From an archaeon GW2011_AR18 (GTDB lineage: Archaea; Nanobdellota; Nanobdellia; SCGC-AAA011-G17; GW2011-AR18): DNA of 64,000 bases. Each line of letters begins with the position of its first letter. The first letter of the stretch is position 1. The notes beneath the pieces are model-generated. The model was given only the letters and a program-made list of their open reading frames with translations. It was not told the origin of the DNA and did no database searches. Location of the stretch: positions 5,563-69,562 of the forward strand of contig JWKX01000012.1 in the NCBI GenBank assembly GCA_000806155.1, given 5' to 3'. This document shows positions 8,956-18,024 of this stretch, one piece after another. Both the position numbers and the translations under genes were made by a program.

Positions 8956-9665
8956 TTTTTTCTCCTGCTTCTGATAAACTGTATTACTACGTAAATTACT
9001 ATTACACTTATTACTCCTAGTAAAAACCATAATGCATAGTTTGGTTCTTTTGCAATTGTATCTTGTATTATTGTTGTATTATCTATTGTTGGTTGTACTG
9101 CTTCGTTAAATGATTGTAAGGCTTCTGGTGCTGCTCTTGCTTCATTGAATAAACTTGCTGCTGCTGAAGGTCCAAAGTTTGATGTCACAACTGCTTTTTG
9201 TGTTGCACCAATTGATGTATCAGATAATAATTCTGTACCAGTAGATTGCATTTTACTCAGTCCTAATTTATTAGTTAATTGGTATGCATATATTCCAGCT
9301 GATGTTAATAACCCTACTAATGCTACTGGTATTATCTCTCTTAATTTTTCCATAAAGCTTGTAGTTGTTGTTTTTGGTGCTATTATAATTAGTTTATTTG
9401 ATAACTGGTATAGTTGTATCTTCTTTCCTTTCTCACTCCATAAAAAATCCTTTATATCTATTACTTCTGCTTTTAATAAATGTTGTATGTTATAATGCAC
9501 TGTTGTTAATGGTATGTTTAATTTTTGTGCTATATCTGTTTCAGAATATGGTTTATCAGACAATATATTTAATATTTTTCTTGCAGTATCTGAAGAGATT
9601 ATCTGTGCTAGTTCTTTTGATTTTGTATCTTCTAAGTTTACTAGTATGAATTTATTTTCTGCCAT
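8952..9665 (-). CDS. Membrane-anchored ArsR-family wHTH regulator
   Basis: TARKILNIL..SETDIAQKLNIPLTTVHYNIQHL followed by two TM segments. Confidence 0.85.
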   Translation of the reverse strand: MAENKFILVNLEDTKSKELAQIISSDTARKILNILSDKPYSETDIAQKLNIPLTTVHYNIQHLLKAEVIDIKDFLWSEKGKKIQLYQLSNKLIIIAPKTTTTSFMEKLREIIPVALVGLLTSAGIYAYQLTNKLGLSKMQSTGTELLSDTSIGATQKAVVTSNFGPSAAASLFNEARAAPEALQSFNEAVQPTIDNTTIIQDTIAKEPNYALWFLLGVISVIVIYVVIQFIRSRRKK

Positions 9666-9767
9666 AGATTATTTATAGAACTAATGTAATATATAAATGC
9701 TTTTTAGACTTTAATCTATTCTGAAGTTATTGTAAATCTTTCGGATAATTGCACTTAACACTATTAA

Positions 9768-10097
9768 ATGTTAAAATATAGCTATAGAAATGATAAGATT
9801 ATAGTATCTACTATAGTTTTAAAAGAATTAGAGAGTATACTTGAAGAAAGATTTAATATAGTTAATAAATATTTTATTAATTGTGATTATATTATTTTAA
9901 CAAAAACTGTTAATGAAGACTATAACGTTGCCAGAAAAATTGAATATAAAAATAATTTCAATATAGGTTTTTACGATTGTTTGCATATTGTGATTTCTAA
10001 AAGGCTAGATAGCATATTAATAACACGTGATAATAAAATGATTGATATTGCAAAAGAATATGTTACTGTTAATAAGCCTGAAGAATTAGTCAGCTAG
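9768..10097 (+). pseudogene. PIN-domain (VapC-like) protein lacking its N-terminus
   Basis: STIVLKEL, FYDCLH, LITRD. The first conserved Asp strand is missing and an in-frame TAA lies directly before the ATG. Confidence 0.6.
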
Positions 10098-10241
10098 TTT
10101 ATTTATCTCTTCTAAGTCAAATTTTTCTTTGGATAATTTTTTTCTTATATTTCTTACTATTCTAACTGAATCTCCCTTTATATCTAATATTCCAACCATA
10201 TCATGTATTGTTAATTTGACCTGTAAAGTATTGCTTTTCAT
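10086..10241 (-). CDS. 51-aa small protein, antitoxin-like
   Basis: Manual translation MKSNTLQVKLTIHDMVGILDIKGDSVRIVRNIRKKLSKE...; upstream palindrome at 10266-10283. Confidence 0.5.
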   Translation of the reverse strand: MKSNTLQVKLTIHDMVGILDIKGDSVRIVRNIRKKLSKEKFDLEEINKLAD

Positions 10242-10265
10242 TCTAATTATATAGGAATACTGATA

Positions 10266-10283
10266 TTTAAAGTTTACTTTAAA
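10266..10283. promoter_or_regulatory. Palindrome TTTAAAGT-tt-ACTTTAAA overlapping a TATA-like box (putative operator)
   Basis: Perfect 8-bp arms about 25 bp upstream of the 10241 start. Confidence 0.4.
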
Positions 10284-10317
10284 ATTTTTGTAAAGTTTTC
10301 AGAGTTTATGTAAAATA

Positions 10318-10834
10318 TTAATATTCTATTATATTCCTTGTTTTTATTGTGATATTATATCTTTTGAATAAACTTAAGAATAAATTTTTGTATTCTAATG
10401 GAACTAATACTGTTCCTTTATTTATTTTTATCCCATTATATTTTTCTATTAATCCAGTATAATGTTTTCCTTTTGTGTTATATCCATAAAGATTCTTATA
10501 TAATAACACTCTTTTTGTCTCTGGTTTGATGTTTTAATTCCCATTTGTTTATATTTCCTATAATAACATTAAAACTATTATCTAATCCTTTTATCTTCCA
10601 ATAATTTTGATAAAATTTTGATTCATAAAACTTTTCTATTATCTTTTTTACTTCTATACTATACTCTTTTTCTTTTGCATTAATATCTATGAATATATCT
10701 ATGTCACTTTCTTTTGTTGCTTCATTTCTAGCTGCTGAACCAAATAGTATTATATTTTTTATATTGTCTGTTTCTAAGTATTCAAGCATAAAAGATACAA
10801 AATGTATTGTGTATGGTAAATATTTATTTTTCAT
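10318..10834 (-). pseudogene. Minimal nucleotidyltransferase (MNT) with C-terminal domain, frameshifted by a deletion near 10532 (probable assembly error)
   Basis: LFGSAARNEATKESDIDIF. The second frame reads NIKPETKRVLLYKNLYGY...GLIEKYNG..VPLE. Confidence 0.8.
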
Positions 10835-11225
10835 TTTTTACACCTAATGATTCAAATATTTCTTTTAGTTTATTGAATTTTTTTATATAATCAACAATTT
10901 CTTCCTCTTTTTTAGGAGTTCCATAACATAACTCATTTCTTTTTTCTTGTATATCTTTAAGAAGTTCTATTATCTCTTCTTTTTTTGGAAATTCAAAATT
11001 TATTTTATCATCTATTTTGTGTTTTGATTTGAACCATTCATGTTTTATTATATAGCTGCTGTCTATTAAGTTATTTTTATGCAATAAAATTTCAATCATG
11101 TGTATTGAAGCAGCTGAGACGCAGAATCCTATTGTACTCTGTCTTTTTATTATATCTATCTTTATACTATCATCTAATACATCTAAGTTTTCTTTCAATC
11201 TAAGATAATGGTTTTCAATTTTCAT
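10824..11225 (-). CDS. HEPN-like protein (MNT partner)
   Basis: RNELCY motif and helical sequence; overlaps the MNT start. True start is MKIENHY at 11225. Confidence 0.7.
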   Translation of the reverse strand: MKIENHYLRLKENLDVLDDSIKIDIIKRQSTIGFCVSAASIHMIEILLHKNNLIDSSYIIKHEWFKSKHKIDDKINFEFPKKEEIIELLKDIQEKRNELCYGTPKKEEEIVDYIKKFNKLKEIFESLGVKNEK

Positions 11226-11321
11226 GGTTACAGTTGTAACTTCTATTTTGATACAAACGTAACACTTATTTATATATCTTGCGGTTACAGTTGTAACTTC
11301 TATTTTGATACAAACGTAACA
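11226..11321. repeat. Perfect 39-bp direct repeat (11226-11264 and 11283-11321) flanking the TATA box of the HEPN-MNT operon
   Basis: GGTTACAGTTGTAACTTCTATTTTGATACAAACGTAACA twice; 18-bp spacer CTTATTTATATATCTTGC. Confidence 0.92.
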
Positions 11322-11332
11322 TAGAATTAATT

Positions 11333-11473
11333 TCATATATTGAATATTATCATTAATAATCCTGATATTAAGAAGTATGCTCCTATTATAAATCTTAAGA
11401 AGTTTGGAAATGCTAATATCAGTACTCCCATTAATATATTGAATAATGCTAGTATTAATGTTCCTGATACCAT
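11333..11473 (-). CDS. DUF3096-like small membrane protein (46 aa)
   Basis: MVSGTLILALFNILMGVLILAFPNFLRFIIGAYFLISGLL... Confidence 0.65.
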   Translation of the reverse strand: MVSGTLILALFNILMGVLILAFPNFLRFIIGAYFLISGLLMIIFNI

Positions 11474-11576
11474 ATATTAGTAATGTTTTTGTAGGGTTAT
11501 ATAATCTCTCTATATATTGTAAATCTTTCAATAATTGTTTAGCAACACTTATAAATTTCATTAACTCTAATATTTT

Positions 11577-11675
11577 ATGAAAGAAAAAAGAGAATTTAAT
11601 TGGATGATACTTTTCTGGATTGGTGTTATAACTTTATTTTTATGGTTAGTAGCAAGAAAAATTGGTTGGATTTAA
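11577..11675 (+). CDS. 32-aa single-TM protein
   Basis: MKEKREFNWMILFWIGVITLFLWLVARKIGWI*; TTATAAA box upstream. Confidence 0.55.
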   Translation: MKEKREFNWMILFWIGVITLFLWLVARKIGWI

Positions 11676-11884
11676 CCTACAACATCACTTATATCTTTAT
11701 TTCGAAGAGTTTCTTCTTTTATTATTGAACTAGTTACTCTGTCATTAATTATTCTACCAGTTATATACGTTGCAACACCTACTAATTGATATATACCAGA
11801 ACCATTAGCTAGAAGTCCTATACTACCTATTTCTAAGCCAAAACCTATAAATCTTCCTACACTTATTGGATATGTATCTTCCAT
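11672..11884 (-). CDS. Small hypothetical membrane protein
   Basis: Likely start MEDTYP at 11884. Confidence 0.55.
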   Translation of the reverse strand: MEDTYPISVGRFIGFGLEIGSIGLLANGSGIYQLVGVATYITGRIINDRVTSSIIKEETLRNKDISDVVG

Positions 11885-11986
11885 AATTAATGAGAAATTG
11901 TAAAACTTTAAAAATCTAACTAATAATAACAAACTCTATTTTCCAGACTAGTTAAGCTTTTAAATATTTTCTTATTATATTTTCTT

Positions 11987-12484
11987 ATGGAAGATTATTT
12001 GATACGCTTAGTAATAAATAGACTAGATAGTAATCCTGGAAAATCTTTGTGTTCAGTTACTAAGAATGATATAGCTGGAATTCTAGATGCTGAACGTGTT
12101 TATTGTTCTGGGATACCTTATGGTTTGTCTGTAGTTGATAATGATAAAACTGTTTTTAGAGAAGGAGGGGATGCATTTCCATTAATACCTGTAGAATTTA
12201 ATTTTAGATCATTTACTTTTCAGGATTTTAGAGCTGATTTAACATTATATTTTAATGCTAATAGAGATTCTTTGATTAGATTAGCAGAATCTGTAAGGAA
12301 CTCTTCTCCAGTATATGTTGGTGGTAACTTTCATTCATTTTCAAAAAAAGATGAAGTGAATTTGGAGGATATTGCAGAAAATGTTAGAATTGAGAGATTT
12401 GATGAGCTTGTCCAGCCTTATTTAATTGTTAATGCATTATTGATTGGAAAGGACTTATATTTTGATCCTGAGGTATTTGTTTAA
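11987..12484 (+). CDS. Hypothetical protein
   Basis: 165-aa ORF with upstream TATA. Confidence 0.65.
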   Translation: MEDYLIRLVINRLDSNPGKSLCSVTKNDIAGILDAERVYCSGIPYGLSVVDNDKTVFREGGDAFPLIPVEFNFRSFTFQDFRADLTLYFNANRDSLIRLAESVRNSSPVYVGGNFHSFSKKDEVNLEDIAENVRIERFDELVQPYLIVNALLIGKDLYFDPEVFV

Positions 12485-15105
12485 ATTATTAATATAGCAG
12501 GTTTTCCAGGTATTGCACTTCCTGCTTTTTTATCTTGTGATTCTTCTGCTTTTTCTATTTTTATTTTTGTATCAAATTCTTTTTCTAATTGTTTTTTATA
12601 TTCTGTAAATACTTGGTATTCTTTTTCCTGTGTGAATTTATTATCTGGTTGTTTTTCTACTAGTTTTGGTATTATTCTTATTACCTCTTGTCCGTATTTT
12701 CTTAATTCTGTATTTTTCATTATCTCTTTTATTATTTCTGACACATTCTTTGTATTCTCAAATATTTTTTTGAATTCTTTATATAATTCATATTTCCATT
12801 TATTAGCAATTATTATTGTTATCTCTTTTGGTTTTTCTATTTTTATTAATTGTAGTACCTGTCTTATATCGCTTGTTGTGTTTTCTATTAATTCATCTCC
12901 CTGTTCTAATTCTTTATTTATTTTTCTTTCATCATATTCTGGCCATGTTTCTAGTGATATGAATGTTTTATTCCCTAGTTTATGCCATAATTCTTCTGTT
13001 ATATGCGGGCATATTGGGTGCATTAATTTTAAGAAACTTCCAATATCCTCTTTTGATACCTCACTCTCATTCTCAAAAGTCTCTAATAATCCTCTTAGTT
13101 TTATTATTGCTATATTATATTTGAATTTTTCAATATCATCAGTTACAGATTTTATTGTGCTATGTAATTTATTTTCTAATCTAGCAGAACTTTTTCCTAT
13201 TTTTATATTACTAATTCCTATTTCAAATTTTGTTATCCATTTATAGCTTGATTCTATTCCTGTATCACTCCATACACTATCTCTGTCTGGTGATGATAAT
13301 GACATTAGATTTAATCTTAATGAATCTGTACTATACTTTTCTATTACATCTATTGGGTTTACTACATTTCCTAATGATTTTGACATCTTGTTTCCATCGC
13401 TTCCATGTAATAATCCTTGATTGAATAATGATGTGAATGGTTCATCGAATTTCAATAATCCCATATCCCTTAATGCTTTTGTAAAGAATCTTGCATAAAT
13501 TAGATGCATGCATGCATGTTCTGCTCCACCTATATATTGATCTACTGGCATCCAATAATCTGTTTTATTTGTATCAAATGCTTTTTTATAATTTTTATTA
13601 TCACAATATCTTAAATAATACCATGATGAATCAAAGAATGTATCCATTGTATCTGTCTCTCTTCTTGCTTTTCCTTTGCATTTTGGACATGTTGTATTTA
13701 CAAATTCATTATTACTTTTTAATGGGTTTCCCTCTCCGAATTTTACATCTTTTGGTAATAATATTGGCAAGTTTTTTTCTTCTACTGGAACACAGCCGCA
13801 TTTTTCACAATATATCATTGGTATTGGTGTTCCCCAGTATCTCTGTCTTGAAACTAGCCAGTCTCTGAATTTGTATTGTGTTACTTTTTTCCCTATATTT
13901 TCTGATTCTAAATATTTTAGTATTTCTTCTTTTGCTTTTTCATTATATAATCCATTGAATTTTCCTGAGTTTACTAAATTTCCTGATTCTGTATATGCTG
14001 CTTTTATATTTGTATCAGGTTTTTTATTATCTGGTTGTATTACTACTTTCATTGAAATTTTATATTTTCTAGCAAATTCAAAATCTCTCTTATCATGTGC
14101 AGGTACTGCCATTACCATACCTGATCCATAATCTGCCACTACGAAATTTCCAGCATAAACAGGAATTTTTTCTTTTGTTAATGGATTTGTCGCATAACTT
14201 CCTGTAAATGCTCCTTGTTTAGACATTTGTTCCATCTCTTTTTCTGATACTGATTTTAATTTTTTTAAGAAAAAATCAACTTCTTTCTGTTGTCCTTTTG
14301 TTACTAATTCATTTAATCTTGGATGCTGTGCTGCTACTACTAAAAATGTTACTCCATATATTGTATCAGGTCTTGTTGTGAATACTGGCCACTTTTTTCC
14401 GTTTATTTCAAATAATATCTCTGTTCCGTATGATTTTCCTATCCAGTTTTCCTGCATTGTCTTTATTCTTTCTGGCCATTTTAGTTCTGGTATTTTTTCT
14501 AGTAATTCATCTGAATATTTTGTTGTTTTTATGAACCATTGTTCTAATTGTTTTATCTCTACATCTGTATCTTCATGTCTCCAGCATTTTCCTGAATGTA
14601 CTTGTTCGTTTGCTAATACTGTTGAACATTTTGGACACCAGTTTACTGCAGCTTTTTTTCTATATACTAATCCTTGTTCATAAAATTTTAAGAAGAAATA
14701 TTGGTTCCATTTATAATATTCAGGATTGCAAGTTACTACTTTTCTTTTCCAGTCATAGCTTAATCCTAGTCTTTTCTGTTGCATCTCGAAGTTTTTCATA
14801 GATTTTTCTGTATAGCTTCCTGGATGTTCTCCTGCTTTTATTGCTGCATTCTCTGCTGGTAATCCAAATGCATCATATCCCATTGGATAAAGAACATTGT
14901 AATCATTCATTCTTTTATATCTTGCAAATATATCTCCTATTGTATAATTTAATGCATGTCCCATATGTAATCCAGTTCCAGAAGGATAGGGGAACATTTC
15001 TATTACATAGTACTTTTTCTTTTTAGAATCCTCTTTTACTTGAAAGACTTTATTCTTTTCCCACTCTTGTTGCCATTTTTTTTCTATTTCTTTGTAATCA
15101 GGCAT
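12481..15105 (-). CDS. leuS: Leucine--tRNA ligase (bacterial-type core, archaeal-type C-terminus)
   Basis: MFPYPSG.GLHMGH, FTTRPDT editing domain, DWLVSRQRYWG, KMSKS, terminal PGKPAI. Confidence 0.97.
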   Translation of the reverse strand: MPDYKEIEKKWQQEWEKNKVFQVKEDSKKKKYYVIEMFPYPSGTGLHMGHALNYTIGDIFARYKRMNDYNVLYPMGYDAFGLPAENAAIKAGEHPGSYTEKSMKNFEMQQKRLGLSYDWKRKVVTCNPEYYKWNQYFFLKFYEQGLVYRKKAAVNWCPKCSTVLANEQVHSGKCWRHEDTDVEIKQLEQWFIKTTKYSDELLEKIPELKWPERIKTMQENWIGKSYGTEILFEINGKKWPVFTTRPDTIYGVTFLVVAAQHPRLNELVTKGQQKEVDFFLKKLKSVSEKEMEQMSKQGAFTGSYATNPLTKEKIPVYAGNFVVADYGSGMVMAVPAHDKRDFEFARKYKISMKVVIQPDNKKPDTNIKAAYTESGNLVNSGKFNGLYNEKAKEEILKYLESENIGKKVTQYKFRDWLVSRQRYWGTPIPMIYCEKCGCVPVEEKNLPILLPKDVKFGEGNPLKSNNEFVNTTCPKCKGKARRETDTMDTFFDSSWYYLRYCDNKNYKKAFDTNKTDYWMPVDQYIGGAEHACMHLIYARFFTKALRDMGLLKFDEPFTSLFNQGLLHGSDGNKMSKSLGNVVNPIDVIEKYSTDSLRLNLMSLSSPDRDSVWSDTGIESSYKWITKFEIGISNIKIGKSSARLENKLHSTIKSVTDDIEKFKYNIAIIKLRGLLETFENESEVSKEDIGSFLKLMHPICPHITEELWHKLGNKTFISLETWPEYDERKINKELEQGDELIENTTSDIRQVLQLIKIEKPKEITIIIANKWKYELYKEFKKIFENTKNVSEIIKEIMKNTELRKYGQEVIRIIPKLVEKQPDNKFTQEKEYQVFTEYKKQLEKEFDTKIKIEKAEESQDKKAGSAIPGKPAILII

Positions 15106-15177
15106 AGAATTCCAAGTATTACCCTATTTATAAAATATTTGCTATGAAATCTAAATATTTATATTAGCTGTTAAATC

Positions 15178-15837
15178 TTGATTTCTATGAAAATTGAGCT
15201 TCCTTTAGTTAGGCAGGATGAAAATTCAGTTGATTGTGGTCTTGCTTGTGTTTCTATGTTGTTAAAAAAATATGATATTGAAAAAGCTGTTAATGATCTT
15301 AAGAAAGAGATTCAGGTTTTTGATAATATGGGTACTTATGCTCCTCAGATTGGTACTTATTTGATTAAGAATGGTTTTGATATTGAGATTGTTACAATTA
15401 ATCCTTATCTTTTTACTTACAAGTTTAAAGAAAAATCCCAACAAGAATTATTATTTTACTTGAAAGAATGTCTTGAAAAAACAACTAAAGAAAACTTTAA
15501 GGATCCTCTGAAATTTTTTATTGAGTTCATTGAATCTGGTGGTATAATTAGTGTAAGGGTTCCTACTGTGAATGATATTAAAGAAGAGATATCTCAAGGT
15601 AGGGTTGTAGGTGCGTTAGTTACTTCAAATTTTTTATTATATGATAAGCCTATGTTTAATTTTCATTTTAATATGATTACTGGTATTGATGATGAATTTA
15701 TTTATGTTAATGATCCAATGTGGGATTATAGAGGTGGTTCCCAGAAATATCTTATTAGTGATTTTTTATATGCAATTTATGCTAGTGCTTATGGTGATCT
15801 AGATAATGCTTCTATTATGAAGATTAAAAAGAAATAA
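15178..15837 (+). CDS. Peptidase C39-like protein
   Basis: Q..SVDCGLAC, HFNMITG, YVNDP; start may be 15187. Confidence 0.8.
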   Translation: MISMKIELPLVRQDENSVDCGLACVSMLLKKYDIEKAVNDLKKEIQVFDNMGTYAPQIGTYLIKNGFDIEIVTINPYLFTYKFKEKSQQELLFYLKECLEKTTKENFKDPLKFFIEFIESGGIISVRVPTVNDIKEEISQGRVVGALVTSNFLLYDKPMFNFHFNMITGIDDEFIYVNDPMWDYRGGSQKYLISDFLYAIYASAYGDLDNASIMKIKKK

Positions 15838-15839
15838 TT

Positions 15840-16400
15840 TCAACAGCTATACTTCCCTGACTTCTCTAATATGCTTTTTTTCATATATATCTTATTCCCT
15901 GTTCTTAGTGCTATTGCTATTGCATCTGATGGTTTTGCATCTAGATTTAATACTTTATCACCATTTCTGAATATCATATCTGATAAGTATACATCATCTT
16001 TCATCTCTGTTATTTTTACAAGTTCTAGTGTTATATTATAATTATCAATTAATGCTTTGAATGTATCATGTGTTGTTGGTCTTACCTCTATTTTTTTCTG
16101 TAATGCATTCTTTATTGAATATACCTGTAAGTCATTTAATGGTAAGCTCATTGTTGAACAGTTTGCTGATAATATTATTGTCTGCGGTGCTACATCAACT
16201 TTTATCTCTGTATATCCCTTTAATGAATAAGGATCATCTATATCACCTAATACTCCAATATTGTTTTCAAATTCATTTTCTGTAACATTCTCTTTAGTAT
16301 TTAGTTCATTTAGTATCTTGTATGTATTTCCCATTAGATATAGATTTAATAGTATTATTACTACTATACTCACAATTAATATTTTCGTTATTGTTTTCAT
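15840..16400 (-). CDS. DUF151 bifunctional-nuclease domain protein with N-terminal TM anchor
   Basis: RPTTHD and DAKPSDAIAIALR. Confidence 0.85.
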   Translation of the reverse strand: MKTITKILIVSIVVIILLNLYLMGNTYKILNELNTKENVTENEFENNIGVLGDIDDPYSLKGYTEIKVDVAPQTIILSANCSTMSLPLNDLQVYSIKNALQKKIEVRPTTHDTFKALIDNYNITLELVKITEMKDDVYLSDMIFRNGDKVLNLDAKPSDAIAIALRTGNKIYMKKSILEKSGKYSC

Positions 16401-17131
16401 TTTATAAGGTATGGTATAGCCTCCTCTATTCTTCCTACTTCTACTATCTGTATTCCTAATTCTTTATCTAGTGCTCCCTCTTTTGGCATGTAATTAACTT
16501 GACAGTATTCTGTTTTTCCTATATTCTTGCATGCTTTTACCTCTTCATAATCCCCTAAATAATTTGCTTTTGGAACTAAAAATATTGATGCTCCGCTATC
16601 TTTAGCTGCTATAGCTTTCTCTTTTATTCCTCCGACACTATTTATTGATCCATCATTCTCTATTGTTCCTGTTATTAACACATCCCTGTTTATTGTCTTG
16701 TTCTGTAATGCTGCTATTGTTGCTATTGTCATTGCTGATCCTGCTGATGGTCCCTCTATTACTGATGCATTTGCATTGATATGATATATTAAGTCAATAT
16801 TGTTTAATTTTATCTGTGTTATATTCTCTGCTACTTTTGCAGCTGTTCTTGCACTTATCTGGCTCATATAATCAGCTAATAGGTTGTCTATGTCTACTAA
16901 TACTAGTCCTGTTCCTGGTTTTACCTCTACACTCATTACTGCTGATACCCCTTTTCCATTATTATCTACACCTAGTAGTGTTATCTCCTTTTGTGATATC
17001 TCTACATTATTGTTTTCATTTATTATATTAGTTTTATTTCCATCTGAGTTTATTATTATCCCTAATATTATACCGAATACAAATATTATTGCTATTGATG
17101 TTATCAAAAGATAGTTTATTTTTTTCTTCAT
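16397..17131 (-). CDS. Membrane-anchored Lon-type (S16) serine protease domain without ATPase
   Basis: EGPSAG (Ser), ITGTI..DG, VGGIKEK (Lys); N-terminal TM. Confidence 0.88.
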   Translation of the reverse strand: MKKKINYLLITSIAIIFVFGIILGIIINSDGNKTNIINENNNVEISQKEITLLGVDNNGKGVSAVMSVEVKPGTGLVLVDIDNLLADYMSQISARTAAKVAENITQIKLNNIDLIYHINANASVIEGPSAGSAMTIATIAALQNKTINRDVLITGTIENDGSINSVGGIKEKAIAAKDSGASIFLVPKANYLGDYEEVKACKNIGKTEYCQVNYMPKEGALDKELGIQIVEVGRIEEAIPYLIK

Positions 17132-17260
17132 AATTGTTATAATTATGTTCTCTCAATTTAAATATTGTTATTGTCATTATCTATAGTATATAGTTTTTAT
17201 TCCATAGATTTATATAGGCTGTTTCATATTAGAGGCTTTACTTTGTATTGGGGGGTTTGT

Positions 17261-17386
17261 ATGATACGTAAAACTAAGAAGGTTGTTAAAAGAAAGATAT
17301 CTGCTTTGAAAAATAAAACTAAAAGAAAAGTTGGTTCTGTAAAGAGAAAAATTAAGAGTGTAGTAAGAAGCAGTAGGAGGCAATAA
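17261..17386 (+). CDS. 41-aa Lys/Arg-rich protein
   Basis: MIRKTKKVVKRKISALKNKTKRKVGSVKRKIKSVVRSSRRQ*; GGGGGT SD-like sequence. Confidence 0.6.
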   Translation: MIRKTKKVVKRKISALKNKTKRKVGSVKRKIKSVVRSSRRQ

Positions 17387-17388
17387 AA

Positions 17389-17493
17389 ATGAAACCTGAA
17401 AATTTTGATAAGAAAAAACAAGTTGATTCAGATGATGAAGTTATTATTGAAGATGATGACGAGCCTTTATTATTTGATGATGAAGAGGGATGA
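17389..17493 (+). CDS. 34-aa Asp/Glu-rich protein
   Basis: MKPENFDKKKQVDSDDEVIIEDDDEPLLFDDEEG*; GGAGG at 17376-17380. Confidence 0.55.
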   Translation: MKPENFDKKKQVDSDDEVIIEDDDEPLLFDDEEG

Positions 17494-17576
17494 TGCTTAG
17501 AATAATGAAAGGTGAAACTAAGAAATGAAAAACTAGTTCACTTTATTTTTTATTTATATAAGTATGGAGGTTTAAA

Positions 17577-17735
17577 ATGTTAGGGTGGGCTTTAGTATTT
17601 TTACTAGTTGCAATAATTGCAGGTTTTTTCGGTTTTAGTGCAGTTTCAGGAGTATCTGCCTGGATAGCTAAGGTATTGTTTGTGTTATTTATTATATTGT
17701 TCATTATATCCTTGGTTAGGCACTTGATGAAGTGA
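17577..17735 (+). CDS. DUF1328/UPF0391 small membrane protein
   Basis: [20 protein letters not shown]...IAKVLF; GGAGG SD. Confidence 0.88.
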   Translation: MLGWALVFLLVAIIAGFFGFSAVSGVSAWIAKVLFVLFIILFIISLVRHLMK

Positions 17736-17796
17736 TGTTAAATAAAAAGTATAGTATATACGTCTCTTTTTTATATCCTTAAAAGAACATTATTGT

Positions 17797-17901
17797 ATGG
17801 CAAAGAAAAAGAAACACATTGATCTTTCAACTAAAGAAATAAAGAAAAGATTAGTATTATTTGAATGCAAGAAGATTTTGCAGGATGGTAACTATAGATA
17901 A
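17797..17901 (+). CDS. 34-aa basic small protein
   Basis: MAKKKKHIDLSTKEIKKRLVLFECKKILQDGNYR*. Confidence 0.35.
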   Translation: MAKKKKHIDLSTKEIKKRLVLFECKKILQDGNYR

Positions 17902-18024
17902 GATTATTTTTTATATTATAGATCTTATAACCTCCCATAAACCCATTATATTGCCATTTGGGCACTGGACACGACAAACTTGCGCGCCAGGTTTATAAAT
18001 CTATTCCTGATATTCTATTTTTGT

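Noticed and set aside
11226..11321. Possible mini CRISPR array
   Set aside because: Only two repeats, an 18-bp spacer that is a TATA box, and no cas genes in the window.
11226..11561. N-terminal extension of the 245-aa track ORF with a repeated CYVCIKIEVTTVT peptide
   Set aside because: It is read-through across the promoter repeat and overlaps a DUF3096-like gene; the real start is 11225.
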